The notes beneath the pieces were generated by a model that had not been told where the DNA came from, did not search any database, and saw only the letters and a list, made by a program, of their open reading frames with translations. The position numbers and the translations under genes are program-made. Of a stretch of 64,000 nucleotides of DNA, positions 30,990-40,968 are shown piece after piece (the first letter of the stretch is position 1; the number at the start of each line of letters is the position of its first letter). Origin of the DNA: Coleofasciculus sp. B1-GNL1-01 (GTDB lineage: Bacteria > Cyanobacteriota > Cyanobacteriia > Cyanobacteriales > Coleofasciculaceae); assembly GCA_040220235.1 (NCBI GenBank), contig JAVJTO010000102.1, one strand, 5' to 3'.

Positions 30990-31171
30990 GGGTTTGGTCT
31001 CCAAACCCCGACAAAGCCACTGGTTGGGAGTAATAAATCAGGTAGTCAGCGATGGTACAGCACTTTCATGTCACGGTGTAGTACAGTAACGATAAAACAG
31101 TGCTTTTCTACTCTTGGAAATGGCGTACCACATCGAATCTGAAAACGCTGTAATTTGCCCACCCGACAAAA

Positions 31172-32296
31172 TTAGGCGCTCTTTCGCTTTAGTAGCGAAC
31201 CCGCACCTATTGCACCGAAGGTCAAGATTCCCAGCGTTGCAGTTGGTTCAGGGACTCCTTGAGATGGCTGTGGTGTCAACAGAACAGCATGAAGTTCACC
31301 ATTGATAACGCCAGCCCCCGCGATTTGCCCCTGATCATTGATACCTTGTGCCTGAGTAAGGATAAAATCGGAACCGGGAGCAATCAGTTCGTTAAGGTCT
31401 TGCATTACACCGTCGCTATAGAGAAAGGCACGGATACCAACGCCGCTCTCCGAATAAAAGCTAGGGTTATTACCTGACCAGCCGACCACTTGACCCAAGT
31501 TGTTAATACCACTAGCGACACTGTAAGTATCAGTGGGAAACAGTCTGCCCAGGCTAATCATCTCTGTGTTGCTGCTGTATAGAAAAGCCATACCGTCATT
31601 GACACCACTGGGAGCTGAAGTTCCTACCACTTGACCTAAGTCGTTAATATCTTGGGCTGTACTGTAGTTATGACCAGGAAGAGTACCTAAATTAGTAATT
31701 GTGCCGTTGTCGTACAAAAAGGCTCGGCTGGGAGAACCGAAAATGCCGACCACTTGACCAGGATTGTTCATGCCATAAGCGATATTACCTTCAGGAAGCA
31801 AGCTACTTGTCGTACCATTACTATACAAAAAAGCACCAATGCCGTGCGCTCCGCCAACTATTTGACCCGAATCGTTAATGGCATAGGGAATGCCATCGCT
31901 AATGCCGATGCTCTGTGTTGTTCCATTGCTGTATACAAAGGGGTGATTTCCAGTGAAGCTGTTAGTGTTAACTGAATTACCCACTACTTGACCAAAGTTG
32001 TTGATTTCAGAAACAGCAAGAACATTGTCACCTAGGAGTGGCTCGATTTCAATTAACTGACCATCACTATATACAAAGGCATGACCGTCATGACCGCCAG
32101 CGTTGACGGCTACCTGACCCAAATTGTTAATGCTTCTGGCGTAACTGTAAGTCTTTCCTGTAAGAGATCCAAGGTCGGTCAGAGAATACAAAGATGCTGC
32201 ATCTGCCGATTGAGATGCAACTAAACCTAGCATGGTACAGGCAGCAGCACCAGCGGCAGCTAAGGTAAGTTGTTTATAGATAAACTTCATGAGCAT
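31172..32296 (-). CDS. PEP-CTERM protein with extracellular HAF repeats
   Basis: Signal peptide, repeated INNLGQVVG/HAF units and C-terminal VPEP-TM-KRK. Confidence 0.9.
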   Translation of the reverse strand: MLMKFIYKQLTLAAAGAAACTMLGLVASQSADAASLYSLTDLGSLTGKTYSYARSINNLGQVAVNAGGHDGHAFVYSDGQLIEIEPLLGDNVLAVSEINNFGQVVGNSVNTNSFTGNHPFVYSNGTTQSIGISDGIPYAINDSGQIVGGAHGIGAFLYSNGTTSSLLPEGNIAYGMNNPGQVVGIFGSPSRAFLYDNGTITNLGTLPGHNYSTAQDINDLGQVVGTSAPSGVNDGMAFLYSSNTEMISLGRLFPTDTYSVASGINNLGQVVGWSGNNPSFYSESGVGIRAFLYSDGVMQDLNELIAPGSDFILTQAQGINDQGQIAGAGVINGELHAVLLTPQPSQGVPEPTATLGILTFGAIGAGSLLKRKSA

Positions 32297-32354
32297 ACCT
32301 CTCTATAGTTTTTAAGTGTATATTTCCCCGCTTAATTGAGAATTTAGGGTACAG

Positions 32355-33041
32355 CTAAATTCTATTTCTGCGCTTTAGTGGTAAACCCAGAGATAACACA
32401 CTAAGGGATAGTAAACCTAACACAGTAGAAGGTTCGGGAACATCTGTTATGCTTTTGGCAAAGGTTAAGTCATCCATTCCATAGCGAGCATTGGCAACGC
32501 CGTGAAGGGTTACAGAACTGAAAGGCTGATCAGAAATTAATCCAGCAAAGGCTCCAATATCTTTGCCTTCCGCTCCCGGAGGAGCATCGTAAAAACTGGG
32601 AGCTACATCGCCAATATCGGTTTCAATAAAATAATCTCCGGTTGCTATACCAAACGTGGCAGGTAAGGAAATTCCGAAAGCAAGAATTGGCTGCTCAAAT
32701 CCAAATGTGATTGTATCTCGGGTCGGTAAAAAATCCAGTGTTGAAAAGAATAAATTATTAAATTGACTAATATTTACACCACCGACAATCGCAGCATCTC
32801 CTGTAGTCAAGGTGTAGGTTATGCCATTGAGAGTTGACCCACTGGGAATGATTGTTCCTTGTGAAAGGTTATCCCATCCTTCCACTGTTTTAATCAATGA
32901 TGGATCACTGTCAAGTGATTGGTTAAATGAGGTTCTGTCCTGAAAAATAATAGTGGTAGCGGGTGCTGTTTTTGGACAGGAGAATGTAACGAAAACAGCT
33001 CCTACAGCGGCAAATGCTAATTTCGGGGAAATGCTAGTCAT
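32355..33041 (-). CDS. PEP-CTERM surface protein
   Basis: Signal peptide and C-terminal VPEPSTVLGLL...KRR. Confidence 0.88.
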   Translation of the reverse strand: MTSISPKLAFAAVGAVFVTFSCPKTAPATTIIFQDRTSFNQSLDSDPSLIKTVEGWDNLSQGTIIPSGSTLNGITYTLTTGDAAIVGGVNISQFNNLFFSTLDFLPTRDTITFGFEQPILAFGISLPATFGIATGDYFIETDIGDVAPSFYDAPPGAEGKDIGAFAGLISDQPFSSVTLHGVANARYGMDDLTFAKSITDVPEPSTVLGLLSLSVLSLGLPLKRRNRI

Positions 33042-33459
33042 TCGCAACCTTCCTGGCTAATAGAACTTACTTATAAAAGTAATTAGCTTTATCTATAAGT
33101 AAAAATACTCTATTTTCTCGAATCGGGCTGTGAAGTGTTGATGAAGAAAACGAGGGTGTTATGTAAAGCTTCTATGAAGGGAGGGAAAAAGAGGATGGAC
33201 AGGACTTACGTAGCTGCGCTACATATAGCGTAGCTACTTTGGAGCATACTAAAGCTAATTTGTGGTCTGATCACCTCACACAAAATTAAATATACATCTT
33301 TCAGGCTGCTATTCATTTAGCTATTAAATCAATTAATTGACTATGAATTAAGGTGTGAGCGCCCCAGTTAGACCGTAAGCAATCACCAGATCCAGAAATA
33401 CACTATATATGGTGTTATGAGCGGTATTGTGTTCCCACGAGCCTTCTGCCTCCTGCCTC

Positions 33460-33777
33460 CTAAAAATCATCCAACATCCATTCCGACGCCCGTTCCCCCA
33501 TCTCAATGGGAATACTCACGGCTTTCCCCAGTCGGGGACGTTCACGAGTTTGCTCGATGTACTCTTGCACTTGGGGAACCGCACCCCAACCATGAAGATA
33601 ATGGGCAATGGCGTCCAGACGCTCTAGATACTTGGCTTCAGACAGGGGAAACGACTTTTGCTCTAGGTACTTCCACATCACCTGAACAAAAATTTTTCCC
33701 TGAGTCCGCCGAAGCTGGATGTCATAAGAGCGTCCCCACTTGCTGAGCAGGATTTGGTGCAACTCTTGTCCTGTCAT
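33460..33777 (-). CDS. DUF3067 family protein
   Basis: KWGRSYD, QVMWKYLEQKSFPL and RPRLGKAVSIP; divergent from petC as is usual in cyanobacteria. Confidence 0.88.
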   Translation of the reverse strand: MTGQELHQILLSKWGRSYDIQLRRTQGKIFVQVMWKYLEQKSFPLSEAKYLERLDAIAHYLHGWGAVPQVQEYIEQTRERPRLGKAVSIPIEMGERASEWMLDDF

Positions 33778-34016
33778 AGATCCCTTACCTGGCTGATTGT
33801 TTACATTTTTTTACAAAGATAAAGTTTCTTTACTTTATGAGAAGCGTACAAAAAATGTAATAATACTCATAGCTTACGCCTTAAATCCTTACTTACATAA
33901 GGATTGTGGCAACCCTGCTCGCGGTTGAATCCCTCTTCATAAAAGGAGCGGGGTAAAGAAAATGCTGGGAATCATCCCAGAGTTGTTAAAAAAAATATAC
34001 CCTTAGGCGTTCAGTT

Positions 34017-34559
34017 ATGGCTCAAGTATCTGGCTCCCCAGATGTCCCCGATATGGGGCGTCGTCAATTCATGAACCTCTTGACGTTTGGTACGATTACG
34101 GGTACTTTCGTCGGTGCCCTCTATCCAATCGTCAAGTACTTTATTCCCCCATCAAGTGGTGGTGCTGGCGGTGGTGTCACCGCTAAGGATGCTTTGGGCA
34201 ATGATATCCAGGTTAGCGAATTTTTAAGCAGCCATAACCCAGGCGATCGCACCTTGGCTCAAGGACTCAAAGGTGATCCCACTTATGTAGTCGTGACCGA
34301 AGACAAAGCGATCGCGGACTACGGGATCAACGCGATCTGCACTCACCTGGGATGTGTTGTTCCCTGGAATGCCAGTGAGAACAAATTCGTCTGCCCTTGT
34401 CATGGTTCTCAGTACAACAGTCAGGGCAAAGTGGTACGCGGACCAGCTCCATTGTCATTAGCCTTGGTTCACGCCGACGTCACCGAAGACGATACCCTGA
34501 CCTTTTCCCAGTGGACGGAAACCGATTTCCGCACGGATAACGATCCTTGGTGGACTTAA
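34017..34559 (+). CDS. petC: Cytochrome b6f Rieske iron-sulfur subunit
   Basis: Tat motif RRQFMN, CTHLGC and CPCHGS. Confidence 0.97.
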   Translation: MAQVSGSPDVPDMGRRQFMNLLTFGTITGTFVGALYPIVKYFIPPSSGGAGGGVTAKDALGNDIQVSEFLSSHNPGDRTLAQGLKGDPTYVVVTEDKAIADYGINAICTHLGCVVPWNASENKFVCPCHGSQYNSQGKVVRGPAPLSLALVHADVTEDDTLTFSQWTETDFRTDNDPWWT

Positions 34560-34635
34560 TTGTTTTCGTCATTTGTCCTTCGTTAGGGGCAAATGACATA
34601 GCCCATTTTTGAATTGTGAATTTTTTCCTTAAGCG

Positions 34636-35625
34636 ATGAGAACACCTTCTTTATCGGTGATGTACAAAAGCAGCAAGCGGATTATTACCCAAGCCCTCTT
34701 GCTGACTTTGGCAACAGCGGCATTTTTCTTCATTAGTGATATTTCCCTTCCCCAGTCGGCGGCGGCTTATCCGTTCTGGGCGCAGCAAACCGCCCCGGAA
34801 ACTCCCCGCGAAGCGACTGGAAGGATTGTTTGTGCTAACTGTCACCTCGCAGCCAAACCCACAGAAGTGGAACTTCCCCAATCCGTTAAACCGGATACCG
34901 TCTTTGAAGCTGTGGTAAAAATCCCCTATGACCTGGATACCCAACAGGTCTTAGGAGATGGTTCCAAAGGCGGTCTGAATGTCGGCGCTGTGGTCATGTT
35001 GCCCGAGGGGTTTAAAATTGCTCCCGAAGACCGCATTCCTGAAGAATTACAGGAAGAAGTTGGCGGACTTTACTTCCAGCCCTATAGCGCCGACCAGGAA
35101 AACGTAGTGATTATTGGTCCCCTACCGGGTGAACAGTATCAAGAAATTGTTTTCCCGGTTCTTTCTCCGAATCCAAAAACGGAAAAAGATGTCCATTTTG
35201 GTAAATACTCGGTTCACGTTGGCGCTAACCGAGGTCGTGGTCAGGTTTATCCGGCTGGGAATAAGAGTAACAACACGGTCTACAATTCAGCAAAAGCCGG
35301 TTTAATTTCTCAAATTACCAAGTTAGAAGAAGGCGGCTACGACGTTACTCTTCAAACCCCTGAAGGTGACACAGTTGTAAATACCATTCCCGCAGGACCG
35401 GAATTAGTGGTTTCCGAAGGGCAAGAAGTCACCGCAGGTGAAGCGTTAACCACTGATCCTAATGTGGGTGGATTTGGTCAAGTAGACGGCGAAATTGTCT
35501 TACAAGACCCGGCTCGGATTAAGTGGCTAATGGTCTTCATTGTTGCGATTATGTTTTCTCAACTCTTCCTCGTCTTGAAGAAAAAGCAGATTGAGAAAGT
35601 ACAAGCGGCTGAAATGAATTTCTAA
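34636..35625 (+). CDS. petA: Apocytochrome f
   Basis: YPFWAQ, CANCH and [16 protein letters not shown]. Confidence 0.98.
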   Translation: MRTPSLSVMYKSSKRIITQALLLTLATAAFFFISDISLPQSAAAYPFWAQQTAPETPREATGRIVCANCHLAAKPTEVELPQSVKPDTVFEAVVKIPYDLDTQQVLGDGSKGGLNVGAVVMLPEGFKIAPEDRIPEELQEEVGGLYFQPYSADQENVVIIGPLPGEQYQEIVFPVLSPNPKTEKDVHFGKYSVHVGANRGRGQVYPAGNKSNNTVYNSAKAGLISQITKLEEGGYDVTLQTPEGDTVVNTIPAGPELVVSEGQEVTAGEALTTDPNVGGFGQVDGEIVLQDPARIKWLMVFIVAIMFSQLFLVLKKKQIEKVQAAEMNF

Positions 35626-35667
35626 GTCCAGCGCTTATTCATCCCAGTCAACTCGCTTGATTCAACC

Positions 35668-35703
35668 AAATAAGGGACAGGTTAGCTAACCTGTCCCTTA
35701 TTT
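35668..35703. terminator. Palindromic, probably bidirectional terminator
   Basis: aaataagggacaggttag/ctaacctgtcccttattt between convergent genes. Confidence 0.7.
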
Positions 35704-35765
35704 TATCAGTGCTATCGGAGCTTTATGAGATTGCTTTCACTCCAGACAAGAGTCCTGAGTAGTTA

Positions 35766-35939
35766 CTACTCAGCCTCTTTTTCTTCGCCTTCACCTTCAT
35801 TTTCATTTTTGTTATCACGATTCCCATAAAAACGTTTGTTTCTTGAGAATGATGAAGAAGAAGACTTCTTGCGAAACTGTCGAGCATAGGCTTGGTTGCG
35901 AGAGGCTTTCTCTTTTTTCAAATTACGGCGTTTAGCCAT
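35766..35939 (-). CDS. Small basic hypothetical protein
   Basis: MAKRRNLKKEKASRNQAYARQF; RBS ggag; downstream of rbp. Confidence 0.7.
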   Translation of the reverse strand: MAKRRNLKKEKASRNQAYARQFRKKSSSSSFSRNKRFYGNRDNKNENEGEGEEKEAE

Positions 35940-36031
35940 TTTAGATGTCTCCATCAATACAACAAAACGCTTCTATTGAGAGGTGATTGGATTCGTGAGA
36001 TTCAAAAGAAGCGCCAGAGGTAACTCAAAAC

Positions 36032-36319
36032 CTAGAAGCGGTTGTTTCTGCGACCACCACCGCTTTTTGCCCGATCTTCACGAGGTCGCGCTTGATTGAC
36101 CTTGAGTTCACGACCCATCCATTCAGCGCCGTTTAGCTCAGAAATTGCTGAGGCTTCTTCGTCTTCCGTTCCCATTTCCACAAAACCAAACCCCCGCATA
36201 CGACCTGTTTCGCGGTCAGTGGGCAAATGAACCCGCTTGACAGTACCGTACTCGGCAAAGACTTCGGTAAGGTCTTCAGAGGTCACGGAGTAGTCGAGAT
36301 TGCCTACATAAATTGACAT
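36032..36319 (-). CDS. rbp: RRM RNA-binding protein (Rbp family)
   Basis: MSIYVGNL and RNP1 RGFGFVEM. Confidence 0.93.
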   Translation of the reverse strand: MSIYVGNLDYSVTSEDLTEVFAEYGTVKRVHLPTDRETGRMRGFGFVEMGTEDEEASAISELNGAEWMGRELKVNQARPREDRAKSGGGRRNNRF

Positions 36320-36364
36320 CGATTGATGTTCTCCCCAATCAGAAAGTGTGTCGAGAGTCAAGAT

Positions 36365-36434
36365 TTCGGAGAACAGCCTGTCAATACTTTAGGGGGAAAA
36401 CCTATGAATACTGAAAACAAACGTAGTCACCGTT
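36365..36434 (-). promoter_or_regulatory. Conserved rbp 5'-UTR boxes (cold-regulated rbp type)
   Basis: Minus strand shows AACGGTGA (box III-like), TTTGTTTTCAGT (box II) and TCTCCGAA (box I). Confidence 0.6.
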
Positions 36435-36601
36435 TTGAGTCTCGATAGACATTCTAACCAATTTCTGCTGTGTTAGGGGATATTGCTTATACATTTCGAC
36501 TGAGAGGTAGCAGCCTAAGCATTTTCAAGGCAAGTCTTAAGGTAGATGACAGGGAAAGGCATCGATCGCACACATATAGATGGATCACTCAAGACCTGTC
36601 T

Positions 36602-37645
36602 ATGCGCGTATCGGCAAAAACGATTCAAATCCTACTGACGATCATCGCCACTATCTTAGCGATCGCGGCGCTGAAGGCAACCAGTGCAATTACCATCCCC
36701 TTAGCGTTTGCCTTTTTCATCGCGGTGTTAGTCCATCCCCTGCAACGTTGGCTGAATCGTCATGTACCCCATTGGCTGAGTTTGGTCATTGTCATGCTGG
36801 TTCTGGCTGGCGTTGTCGGCTTAGCCATCGGCGCACTGCTACTGAGTGCAGAAATCGTGGAACCTAAAGCACCTCAATACCTTGACCGTTTGCAGCAGAT
36901 GTTCCAGAATGCGATGGCTTGGGCAAAACAACGGGGACTTCCTGTGGAACAGTTATCCTCCCAAGGATCTCAAGGTCAATTAACCAATGAAGCAATCGGC
37001 GGACTCAAGTTTCTCTGGGATGGGTTAAGCCTATTTATTTTAATAATTTCGTTACTCGTCTTACTTTTACTCGAAGTCGGACAGTACCGAGAAAAAATTG
37101 AACGGAGTTTGGCGTCTAAAACCAGTGCTAAGGTGATCAATGCTGTCGTGAGAATGAGCGATAAGCTGCGAAGCTATCTTCTAATTCAGTCGTTCACCTG
37201 TGTTCTGACAGGTATACTGACGGGTTTATGGTGTTGGGTGCTAGGGGTAGATTTTGCCTTGGTTTGGGGATTGATCGCATTTGTTCTCAACTACATCCCC
37301 ACTTTAGGGTCGATTGTCGCGGTGATCCCGCCCACGCTACTGGCGCTAATTTTTCAAGGAATTGGGCGGGGAGTAGCAACGTTGGTGGGTTTGGCTGTCA
37401 TTCAAGTGATTTTAGGCAACTTCGTTGATCCCCGTCTTCAGGGACGTACTCTCAAGCTTTCACCCTTTGTGGCGCTATTGTCGATTGTATTCTGGGGTTG
37501 GGTGTGGGGGATTCCGGGCGCACTACTGGGTATTCCGATGACCATGTCTCTGATTGTATTTAGTCAAGAGTTTAAATCAACCCGCGCGATCGCACTCTTG
37601 TTTGGTGATACGGATGACCCAGAGTTGAAAAAGAAATTAAAATAG
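36602..37645 (+). CDS. AI-2E family transporter
   Basis: Multi-TM protein with LNYIPTLG and FWGWVWGIPGALLGIP. ATG 36602 is preferred. Confidence 0.9.
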   Translation: MRVSAKTIQILLTIIATILAIAALKATSAITIPLAFAFFIAVLVHPLQRWLNRHVPHWLSLVIVMLVLAGVVGLAIGALLLSAEIVEPKAPQYLDRLQQMFQNAMAWAKQRGLPVEQLSSQGSQGQLTNEAIGGLKFLWDGLSLFILIISLLVLLLLEVGQYREKIERSLASKTSAKVINAVVRMSDKLRSYLLIQSFTCVLTGILTGLWCWVLGVDFALVWGLIAFVLNYIPTLGSIVAVIPPTLLALIFQGIGRGVATLVGLAVIQVILGNFVDPRLQGRTLKLSPFVALLSIVFWGWVWGIPGALLGIPMTMSLIVFSQEFKSTRAIALLFGDTDDPELKKKLK

Positions 37646-37823
37646 CTATTTGTCCTACATCGGGGTGGCTGAATAAGTATTGGGGTGAGGAAAGGGAACA
37701 GGGAACAGGGAACAGTAATCAAGCTTCTGCCTTCTGCTATTACTTTCAATCTCTACCCACAGATAGGCTCAATGCCCAATCCAACTCGGTATTCTGAGTG
37801 AAGACAGCTATAGGAGACGATTT

Positions 37824-38027
37824 ATGTCTGTTGCCAAAGTTATTGAAGTTGTTTCTTCCTCATCAAAAAGTTTTGATGATGCCATACAACAAGGTTTAGC
37901 CGAAACAGCCACTTCTCTAAAGGGTATTAGCGGATTAGAAGTTGTTAATTGGACGGCTGATGTTGAAAATGATAAGATCGTCAGCTACAAGGTGACAATG
38001 CATATCGCTTTCAAGGTTGAGCGTTAA
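37824..38027 (+). CDS. Dodecin family protein
   Basis: KVIEVVSSSSKSFDDAIQ...YKVTMHIAF; RBS aggag. Confidence 0.88.
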   Translation: MSVAKVIEVVSSSSKSFDDAIQQGLAETATSLKGISGLEVVNWTADVENDKIVSYKVTMHIAFKVER

Positions 38028-38096
38028 TCATCAATCCTCTAAACTATTAGAAGATCCGAAAAGATACGTTCTGCAAGATTCTCAAGACTTTTTTTA

Positions 38097-38243
38097 ATGA
38101 TTGAATCTACCCAAACACCCGTTCCACCAGCAAAACCCCCTGAACCTTCTAAACCTGATGCCATTCCGGTAGAACCGCCACCTCCTCCACCCCCTGTACA
38201 ACCACCACCCCCACCAGTTGATCCCACAAAGGAAGACAAGTAA
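38097..38243 (+). CDS. Candidate 48-aa proline-rich small protein
   Basis: MIESTQTPVPPAKPPEPSKPDAIPVEPPPPPPPVQPPPPPVDPTKEDK*; the Pro codons vary at the third position. Confidence 0.45.
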   Translation: MIESTQTPVPPAKPPEPSKPDAIPVEPPPPPPPVQPPPPPVDPTKEDK

Positions 38244-38400
38244 GTAGGTGGGAAAACAGTGGGGATTGTCATTTGTCTTCTGTCATTTGTAAGGGTATGA
38301 GGATGATTTACGGACGTTAATTTAGTTGGAATGGCACGCTACTCATATTCGGATGGGCAGTGCCAATCCTACGGTATATCTGTTTAAAAATACTCTGGTT

Positions 38401-38811
38401 TTAACCAAACATCTGATGAATGCGATCGCGATACCGATCTGTTACTCGATTACGGCGAATTTTCAGCGTTCGGGTTAATAGACCATTTTCTATAGTAAAC
38501 GGTTCTTCAATTAGCTCAAACTGGGTAATCTGATCATCTGCACGATAACCCGGGCAATCGCGGACTTGCCGATTTAACTCTTGGCGAAATAAATCCCGCA
38601 CAATTAAACTATTCAAATCGATTTGTCCCTCAATCACTTGATGGGTTGAGGATTCATTTTTAGGAACTGTTGTCTGTGAGTCGCCTACACCCGCCTGAAC
38701 TAACGCCTGTTCCAACGCCTCTAAATTGGGAACAATTAAAGCACCCAGAGATTTTTGATCTTGACACACTAGCATAATTTGGTCAATATAAGGACTCCGT
38801 AGATAAGCATC
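38401..38811 (-). pseudogene. C-terminal fragment of a long-chain acyl-CoA/acyl-ACP synthetase (Aas-like)
   Basis: DAYLRSPYIDQIMLVCQDQKSLGALIVPN...EPFTIENGLLTRTLKIRR. The adenylation core is missing and the upstream DNA is a repeat element. Confidence 0.8.
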
Positions 38812-38911
38812 TTACCCCGACTAAAAAAAACCTAAAACCACAAAAGATAGATGATATGAACCCGTTTTAACGGGTTTAAGCTTTTAGCCAGAACTTGAGT
38901 TCTCTGCTGAC

Positions 38912-40081
38912 TTATAGCGAATTTAAAAAGTTCTTTACCGTAGAATCCCACAGTTGTCGATCAACACCAATAAGTTGATGATGACCTGCCTGGGGCGAAA
39001 TGACAAGCTGTTTAGATCCTGGGAGATTCTGAAATAATGCCTTAATCTCTTCTACAGTCGTCCACTTATCTTGTTCGCCGTGAATCACAAGCGCCGGACA
39101 ATCTAACTCTTTGGCAAAGTCAATTGGATTATGGCTAAACCCGTTAAAGCCATGCTGAAGTCCACCCCATAAAACCAGGAGTTCTGCTGTCAAAAATGCC
39201 GGAATCTTGTGATATTTGAGACGACTCCTGAGGGCATTGACTAGGCGAGAAAAAGGCAATTCTAAAATCACCGCATCCGGTTTAATCTTATTCACCGAAA
39301 TCGCTCTCATAATCGCCGCACTGCCCATAGAAACGCCATAAAGTATCAGCGGAGAATTAATGTTCAATGTTTGGACATAGTTGAAAGCCGCGACTACATC
39401 TTGGGCTTCTTTGATGCCAATCGTGACAGTATTGCCACTCGAACCGCCAACTCCTTGAAAATCAATCAGCATTGAATCATATCCCAAGGTAGCAAAACTT
39501 TGGGCAGGTGCGATCAGTTGACTCCCTTTTGTGCCAAGATTCCCTGGAAATAAAAGGACAGTTCCTCTCGAAAAAGCGGCTTGTGAGGGAATTAACCAGG
39601 TTTCTAACCATTCCGACTCACTGATTTTAATCTTATGGGTAGTGTATGGCAATCCTCGGTCTGAAGGTGTGCTAGAATTACTTGGCTTGGGTATTCCGAT
39701 TCCTGGCTGTCCTGGAACTCGAACATGGGTCATCTGGTAGGCGAGAAGATATGCTGAACCATTGACTATAAATAGTAGAATTGCCAATAACCAGCAAAGT
39801 CTAATTTTCCATCGAATTCCAGCCGTTTTAGTCTGTTGATGTGCGAGCAATTTTTTACTCGGCTGCTTGGGTTTTTTCCTAATCCCAGCTACAATCCAGC
39901 ACGATACGCTACCGAAGATAAGAAAAACACTAACGTGTTTGAGAGGAAACAACCAGGCATTAATCCAGCCCAACTGATGCAATATAACTAAAATGATAAC
40001 AATTCCGGCTAAGGCTACCAGAGGCAAGTAACCAACTGTAATCAGGAAGTTACGGGATGAACTCATGGTTAACGTCCTCAT
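38912..40081 (-). CDS. Membrane-anchored alpha/beta hydrolase
   Basis: GVSMG nucleophile elbow, IHGEQD, AGHH and N-terminal TMs. Confidence 0.88.
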   Translation of the reverse strand: MRTLTMSSSRNFLITVGYLPLVALAGIVIILVILHQLGWINAWLFPLKHVSVFLIFGSVSCWIVAGIRKKPKQPSKKLLAHQQTKTAGIRWKIRLCWLLAILLFIVNGSAYLLAYQMTHVRVPGQPGIGIPKPSNSSTPSDRGLPYTTHKIKISESEWLETWLIPSQAAFSRGTVLLFPGNLGTKGSQLIAPAQSFATLGYDSMLIDFQGVGGSSGNTVTIGIKEAQDVVAAFNYVQTLNINSPLILYGVSMGSAAIMRAISVNKIKPDAVILELPFSRLVNALRSRLKYHKIPAFLTAELLVLWGGLQHGFNGFSHNPIDFAKELDCPALVIHGEQDKWTTVEEIKALFQNLPGSKQLVISPQAGHHQLIGVDRQLWDSTVKNFLNSL

Positions 40082-40189
40082 CGATGTGTCTACTGCTATA
40101 ACAGGACATAATAGGAACCCGTTAAAACGGGTTTAAGCTTTAAGAGGAGAACTTTAGTTCTCGGCTGACTTTATCGATGTGTCTACTGC
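40080..40189. repeat. Double-hairpin repeat element flanked by a 17-bp direct repeat
   Basis: atcgatgtgtctactgc at 40080-40096 and 40173-40189; the interior matches 38859-38912. Confidence 0.7.
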
Positions 40190-40217
40190 GATTCAAAGAA
40201 ATACTTCAGTAAAAAAA

Positions 40218-40829
40218 TCATAGCAAACCTTGAGGTGGTGTAATCTCAATCCGACCATTTTCAAGGTCTACCACTGGCACAATTTCATCGACAAAAGGAA
40301 TCAAAACGGTTACGGGTTTGGAGGGTTTTTTCCTGACTTTCCGTTGCTTACTAATTCGGTTGGGGAGAGGCGCTTCCGGTTTAGCTGGGGTTGGTTCAGG
40401 TTGCTGGTGGAGTTTGACCTCTAAAAGCATATTCCCCGCCGGAATCACATCCACAACGACACCGACAGCTTCCCCAGTTAACTGGTTGAAAACCTCTAAA
40501 TCCAGCACATCTAGGACATGATATTCATTCTCTCCCAACTCCGGGCGATCGCTCTCTGGAACTAGCAGCATTGCACCCCGCAAGGCTTCGGCTTTTTCCC
40601 GGTTGTCCACGCCAGCAAGTTTCACCACATAGATCCCTTTATTAGGAACGTAACGCCCCCCTAATAGTTCCACAGGTTGCGGTTGGTTATCATGCGATCG
40701 CTTTAACCAACGTTGTCCCGATTTCTCGAAGCGTTCGGGAAAATCCGAATTGGGATAAACTCGTAATTCTCCTTTTAATCCTTGAGGAGCTACAATTTTA
40801 CCAATTTCTAGCCAGTCGTCATTTGTCAT
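40218..40829 (-). CDS. rimM: Ribosome maturation factor RimM
   Basis: [16 protein letters not shown] and [14 protein letters not shown]. Confidence 0.95.
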   Translation of the reverse strand: MTNDDWLEIGKIVAPQGLKGELRVYPNSDFPERFEKSGQRWLKRSHDNQPQPVELLGGRYVPNKGIYVVKLAGVDNREKAEALRGAMLLVPESDRPELGENEYHVLDVLDLEVFNQLTGEAVGVVVDVIPAGNMLLEVKLHQQPEPTPAKPEAPLPNRISKQRKVRKKPSKPVTVLIPFVDEIVPVVDLENGRIEITPPQGLL

Positions 40830-40968
40830 TTGTCATTCGTCATTTGTCATTCGTCATTTGCTTCCCCATCTTCCTCATCGCCCCCTACACCCCTACATAA
40901 GAAAAGGGGTTTGGAGACCAAACCCCTACTGTTCCCATCTTCCCTATCTCCCTCATCTCCCTCATCTT

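Noticed and set aside
38039..38272. Gly-rich 77-aa minus-strand ORF
   Set aside because: Antisense of the Pro-rich frame, and it starts inside a MITE.
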